Assembly (NCBI GenBank): GCA_013239625.1 | Contig: MU054323.1 | Span: forward strand, 62,001-126,000 | From: Lama guanicoe | Taxonomy: Eukaryota | DNA length: 64,000 bases | Direction of reading: 5' to 3' | Shown here: positions 61,791-64,000 of the stretch, piece by piece | How positions within the stretch are numbered: the first letter of the stretch is position 1 | How the letters are laid out: every line of letters begins with the position of its first letter | Made by a program: the position numbers and the translations under genes | The notes under the pieces: model-generated | Databases searched by the model: none | What the model saw: only the letters and a program-made list of their open reading frames with translations | Told to the model about the DNA's origin: nothing

Positions 61791-64000
61791 TGGTGATGGT
61801 GATGGTGATGATAGTGGTGGTGATGCTCAAGGCCTCATGGCTGGAAAAAGTGGAGTCTGGCTTTGAAGTTGAATCTATCGGGGTTATGTTGTTTCTACTC
61901 CCCTCTCGCTGCCCCCACTGCCTTACACTTGAGCAAAGGGTACTGAAGAATCTTAGGCAGAAATATCTCAAATTAAACTGAAACCAAAGTATTAAGAAAC
62001 AATTTGCTTTACCACTTGCATTTCCGGGGTGCACAAACAGCTGACCAGGACAAAGGTTGGTGGGAGTGACGTCACCCTCGATCAGGCCCTGAAGCTCTGC
62101 TTATATCATTTAAAAAATTAAAAAAAGAAAACACAAAAGCCCCACAGTAAGTTCTCAGCTCATAGAACCCTCTATTAAGCTAACATTTTTTTTGGGGTGG
62201 GGGCAGTTTTCTGAACTTACTTTCCCGACTCTCTGCTGTGCTCATGCTGTTCCCTGTGCCTGAAGTGCCTCTCTATCTCTGAGTCCTGCCCATCCTTCAA
62301 GATCTGCTCAAGACCCACCTCCTCCAGGAAGCCTTCCCTGACCACCTGTGTGCTCATTTGGCCAGGGGCACATACTCTGTGTGAAGTGTGGCTCCTTTGC
62401 ATGCATGCATAAGTCCTTTCCTGGAAACTGTCATAAGCCACCCAAGACTGGAGCCCTGCCCCGAATCGCCCTGTATTTTTTTTTGTACTGTATTTTATTT
62501 TAACTATGGCTGATTCTTACTTAATTTTTATAAGTTCACATCTCCATGTGCTCATTGAGGACCTTGAAGCTTACCTTTTGTTCTTGCCACTGCAGGTGAC
62601 AGCATCTTGTCACAGCACCTAGACCAAAGAGACAAGTATGAGTCATTTTGTCTTCCTTTGACCAAATGAACACAACCTCAAGACCTACCATGCGCAGGCT
62701 CCAGGGGAACAGAGATGAGGGAGCCAGCTGCACAGGAGGGGGCCTGGGGGGAGAGCCCCCATCACACAATTAATTTCAACACGCTTCGTGGTGGAACAGA
62801 GGTAGGTGTTCGGGAACAGCAAACTCTTGCCGGGATATATGAAAGTGTGAATCTGTTGTCAGAAAAGTGGGAAGGATGCTTCAGGTAAAGGAACAGCTGG
62901 TGCAAGTGTTTTTTGCCTCACAGGAGCCTAATAGGATTCGGGGATGATAAGAAAGGAGCTGGGGTTGAAGAAAGACCCAGCGGGGAAGAGTCAACTGAGG
63001 AAGGCCTCCAAGCCCCTGGTCAAATAACTCTGGGTGCTGGACCAGTGTTCAGGATTTGAGGTAGGGTGTGTAATAAATTGTGTGTTCTAGAACACAGGTT
63101 ACAGGCTGCTTCCATTGTTAATCTGACTTGATAAGTCGGGAAGCCCCTGTTGACAACAAGGATCTGAATGTGAGTGAATATCGGGCTGATTAAATACCCC
63201 CCAGGCAGTGACAAAAGCATCTGATACAAGCGCAGCTTAGTTTGAAACGGCTATTTGTGTCCTGTCTGGGAGCGAGCCCACATCTCCGTGCTCCTCCCTC
63301 GGCTGGGGAAGCTGTCTGTCCTGGCAGTTGCTGCAGGTCCAGGATTCTGGTACTTGCCAACTCTGCTCTCATCCCTCTGGTCCACCTCAGGCGGCTCACA
63401 GCTTTCAGCAGAGGATTACTTAGAAAAATAAGTTAATGACTGTCCTTGGATCAGGCCAGCTTTGCTGGAAGAAGCAGGCAGGCCCAGACTTCATTACTCT
63501 CAAGTCCGAGGGGGATGGGTTGAGAACACACATTGCAAATTCCATTCTAGGGAGAAAGAAAAGAATTGTTCACCCAGTCAGAACAGCATCATTTTAGATG
63601 TAATGTGTGGGGCCAGGGCAGCGTTTAAAAACGTTAAAGTGGCTGTGAGCATCTTCTGAGCGTGGCAGGGTATCTGGGTGGCAGACCTGCCTGTGCTAAT
63701 GAGGAGGAGGCTGTTGGCTGTGTCGTTCTTGGGGTCAGCTGATCCAGGGCCCTATAGGAAATGACTAGGGGCTCTTGTGTGAATGGGCCCGGAGGAGGCA
63801 GGGCCCGGTGGTGGGAAGGGTACGGACAGAGGGAGGGCACAGGAGAGGCCTGCTGGCTCTTCTTGATCAACATCAGAGACCACCAACAGGGCCCAGCTTG
63901 GGGTCACCTTCAAAATCCTCAGAAGAGCATCAGACCAGCTGGCCTGGGGTGAGGAGGACTTTGAAGGTGTCTATACTCCCTCATTCATTCACTCAACAAA

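Noticed and set aside
28200..64000. Numerous 60-200 aa ORFs downstream of DDX1 (for example 40373..40999 and 58124..58735)
   Set aside because: No recognisable domains, overlapping on both strands, lying in repeats or GC-rich DNA, and no consistent exon structure; expected by chance.
1..64000. CRISPR array, prokaryotic operon or foreign insert
   Set aside because: No regularly spaced repeats or long intronless ORFs; the window is consistent with an ordinary mammalian DDX1 locus.

Overview
Mammalian genomic DNA, most likely a camelid (inferred from camelid-type tRNA-derived SINE and L1 3' ends). Positions 861-27899 on the + strand carry 23 coding exons of DDX1, the SPRY-domain DEAD-box helicase and tRNA-ligase-complex subunit. 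They correspond to exons 4-26 by human numbering; exons 1-3 lie upstream of the window. All exons have canonical AG/GT boundaries and splice into one open frame of 2091 nt (696 codons plus TGA), from motif I (AETGSGKT) to ...NQLFRTF*. A short 3'UTR and AATAAA (28079) follow. The remaining ~36 kb is intergenic; in other mammals this is the start of the DDX1-MYCN interval. It is more GC-rich, contains L1, L2, CR1, MIR, MER and MaLR relics plus microsatellites, and has several non-repetitive motif-dense blocks and CTCF-like sites. I found no new gene or novel system. The most notable items are an inverted pair of young L1 3' fragments in the intron that splits the DEAD motif, exon junctions that reconstitute 5' splice sites, a stop/polyA arrangement in an 83-nt intron, and candidate enhancers/insulators. 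Exon coordinates are exact; repeat boundaries and subfamilies are approximate and were recognised by eye.
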